Below, piece by piece: positions 62,345 to 64,000 of a DNA stretch of 64,000 nt. Location: positions 6,596 through 70,595 of the forward strand of contig JAFWOT010000009.1 of the NCBI GenBank assembly GCA_017509785.1. Direction: 5' to 3'. This DNA is from Clostridia bacterium. Lineage in GTDB: Bacteria; Bacillota; Clostridia; Christensenellales; CAG-138. Position 1 is the first letter of the stretch. Every line of letters starts with the position of its first letter. A program made the translations under genes and the position numbers. The notes under the pieces were generated by a model. It searched no databases. It saw only the letters and a program-made list of their open reading frames with translations, and had not been told where the DNA came from.

Positions 62345-64000
62345 ATGAAAAGAAAGATAGCCCTGCTCCTTGCGGCGCTCATGCTGCTGCCGGCGATACT
62401 CGCCTCACATGCCGGAGCGCGGTTCGTTAACGCGCCGGCTTCCGCTGCTGCGGACTCCTCGTCCGAATTCGAAATGGACGTCGGCGAGGAAGGCCTCGTA
62501 GAGCCGCCTCTGCCCTCGAAGGACTCGAAGCACAGCGTTTCGAAGTTCATCAAGTGGGGCCTCAAGCGCATCGACCCGGCCTCCATCCCGACCAACGCGA
62601 ACCTCTATCTCGCGGCTTCGAGCTGCGGCACCTCCCCGTGGGAGTATCTCTACGGCACGGTGCGCACCTCGACCTCCAACACCAACATACTCAGCCGCTT
62701 CAACAACTACTATACCAAGTACATGAACCGCGCCCAGTATGACGAGGTCACCGAGGACTGGAGCCGCTCCACCTACGCGACGGACTGCCAGGGCCTGCTC
62801 GACGCGTGGATGACCTACGAGGAAGGCGTCACGACGGACATAAACGTCCAGATGAATTACTCGAACTGGTGCACCGCAAAGGGCGAGATCGCTTCCATCA
62901 CCCGCGATTGGGTCGTGGGCGAGGCGGTGTTCGTCTGGTCGGAAAAGCTCCAGAAATTCGGGCATATCGGCTGGGTCTGCGGCTTTGACGAGAACGGCGA
63001 GCCAATGGTGCTCGAAGCGCGCGGACTCTCTTTCGGCGTCGTCGTGACGAGGCTCTCCGACAGGGCGTGGACTCACCGCGGCCTCATGACCGTCATGTTC
63101 AATTACGACGCGTCGATGAAGGGCTCCTTCACAATGCCCGCCGAGACCGAGCCTGCCGAGGGCGGACGCGGGATGAACGTTTCCGCCGTGTGGGACGGGT
63201 CCATCGCCTCGAGCTACGCGGGCGGCACGGGCACCGAAGCCGATCCCTACCGCATCAGCACCCCGGCGCAGCTCGCCTATCTCGCCTATAAGGTCAACAA
63301 CGGCACCACCTACTACGGTAAATACTTTATAATGACGACGGATATGCAGCTCAACGACACCACGGACTGGACGAGCTGGGATTTCTTCAACCGCCCCGCC
63401 AACGAGTGGACGCCCATAGGCATATATACGGATAACTCCACCTATACGCAGTTCCGCGGCAGCTTCGACGGGCAGGGCCATACCGTTTACGGGATGTTCT
63501 TCTCCGAGAACAAGAAGAGCTTTTTCGGGCTCTTCGGATACGTCGGGGCGAACGCCGACGGCTGCATAAAGAACGTCCGCGTGGACGATTCCTTCATGGA
63601 GGCGGTCAACAACGTCGGCGCGATAGCGGGCTACGTCAAAGATTACGGCTCCATAGTCAACTGCCGCAACTCCGGCAAGGTGCGCGCCTCGCTCTGGACG
63701 GGCGGCATCGCCGGGTTCGTAACCAATACCTCCACGACCACGAGCATCACGGGCTGCGTCAACGATACCTCCGTCCGCGGCTCCTACCATACCGGCGGCA
63801 TAGTGGGCTATGCGCATGAGAACTGCGTGATCTCCGGCTGCTCCAACACGGCGAGCTACGTCAAGGGCTATGAGTCGACCGGCGGCATAGTCGGGCGCGT
63901 CAACGCCTCCACGGTCGAAAAATGCCGCAACAACGGCGAAATGCGCGGCACGGATCATATAGCGGGCATAGCCGCGAACGCCACCGCGACGACCGTCCGC
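62345..64000 (+). CDS. Large secreted protein: NlpC/P60-like domain plus GLUG-type repeat region; runs off the window (absent from the ORF track)
   Basis: MKRKIALLLAALMLL signal; YLYG...TDCQGL...GHIG...EARG; GTGTEADPYRIST, WTPIG, FDGQGH, GLFGY, repeated GGIVG. Confidence 0.78.
   Translation, partial: MKRKIALLLAALMLLPAILASHAGARFVNAPASAAADSSSEFEMDVGEEGLVEPPLPSKDSKHSVSKFIKWGLKRIDPASIPTNANLYLAASSCGTSPWEYLYGTVRTSTSNTNILSRFNNYYTKYMNRAQYDEVTEDWSRSTYATDCQGLLDAWMTYEEGVTTDINVQMNYSNWCTAKGEIASITRDWVVGEAVFVWSEKLQKFGHIGWVCGFDENGEPMVLEARGLSFGVVVTRLSDRAWTHRGLMTVMFNYDASMKGSFTMPAETEPAEGGRGMNVSAVWDGSIASSYAGGTGTEADPYRISTPAQLAYLAYKVNNGTTYYGKYFIMTTDMQLNDTTDWTSWDFFNRPANEWTPIGIYTDNSTYTQFRGSFDGQGHTVYGMFFSENKKSFFGLFGYVGANADGCIKNVRVDDSFMEAVNNVGAIAGYVKDYGSIVNCRNSGKVRASLWTGGIAGFVTNTSTTTSITGCVNDTSVRGSYHTGGIVGYAHENCVISGCSNTASYVKGYESTGGIVGRVNASTVEKCRNNGEMRGTDHIAGIAANATATTVR

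Overview
Chromosomal segment of a GC-rich, spore-forming clostridial Firmicute (sigG, spoVAC, bofA-family gene, sigmaA promoters, dockerin-bearing secreted proteins). A gut/rumen Clostridia lineage is an inference. Most of the window is housekeeping: nfnAB-like pair, L20 leader-infC-rpmI-rplT, rny, pbp-ftsK-rimO-pgsA-cinA-recA, guaB, rsmF-rsmA, rpsF-ssb-rpsR, tRNA-Leu(CAA), an ahcY/mtnA/PNP/mtaD cluster, an ECF transporter and a Crp/Fnr-thioredoxin-rubrerythrin-rubredoxin unit. No CRISPR array, integrase or transposase is visible. The best candidate for an undescribed system is a two-gene unit at 8632-10097. It pairs a radical SAM/SPASM enzyme with a translationally coupled 130-aa lipoprotein carrying six Gly-centred repeats, behind an ECF-sigma-like promoter. 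Other candidates are two tandem tRNA-linked elements with conserved structure, divergent sequence and GNA triloops (32149-32418), a THF-riboswitch-controlled FolT-FolC fusion, a possible C-rich sRNA (58575-58714) and a 51-bp palindrome (26362-26412). All calls were made by eye from motifs; no searches were run.
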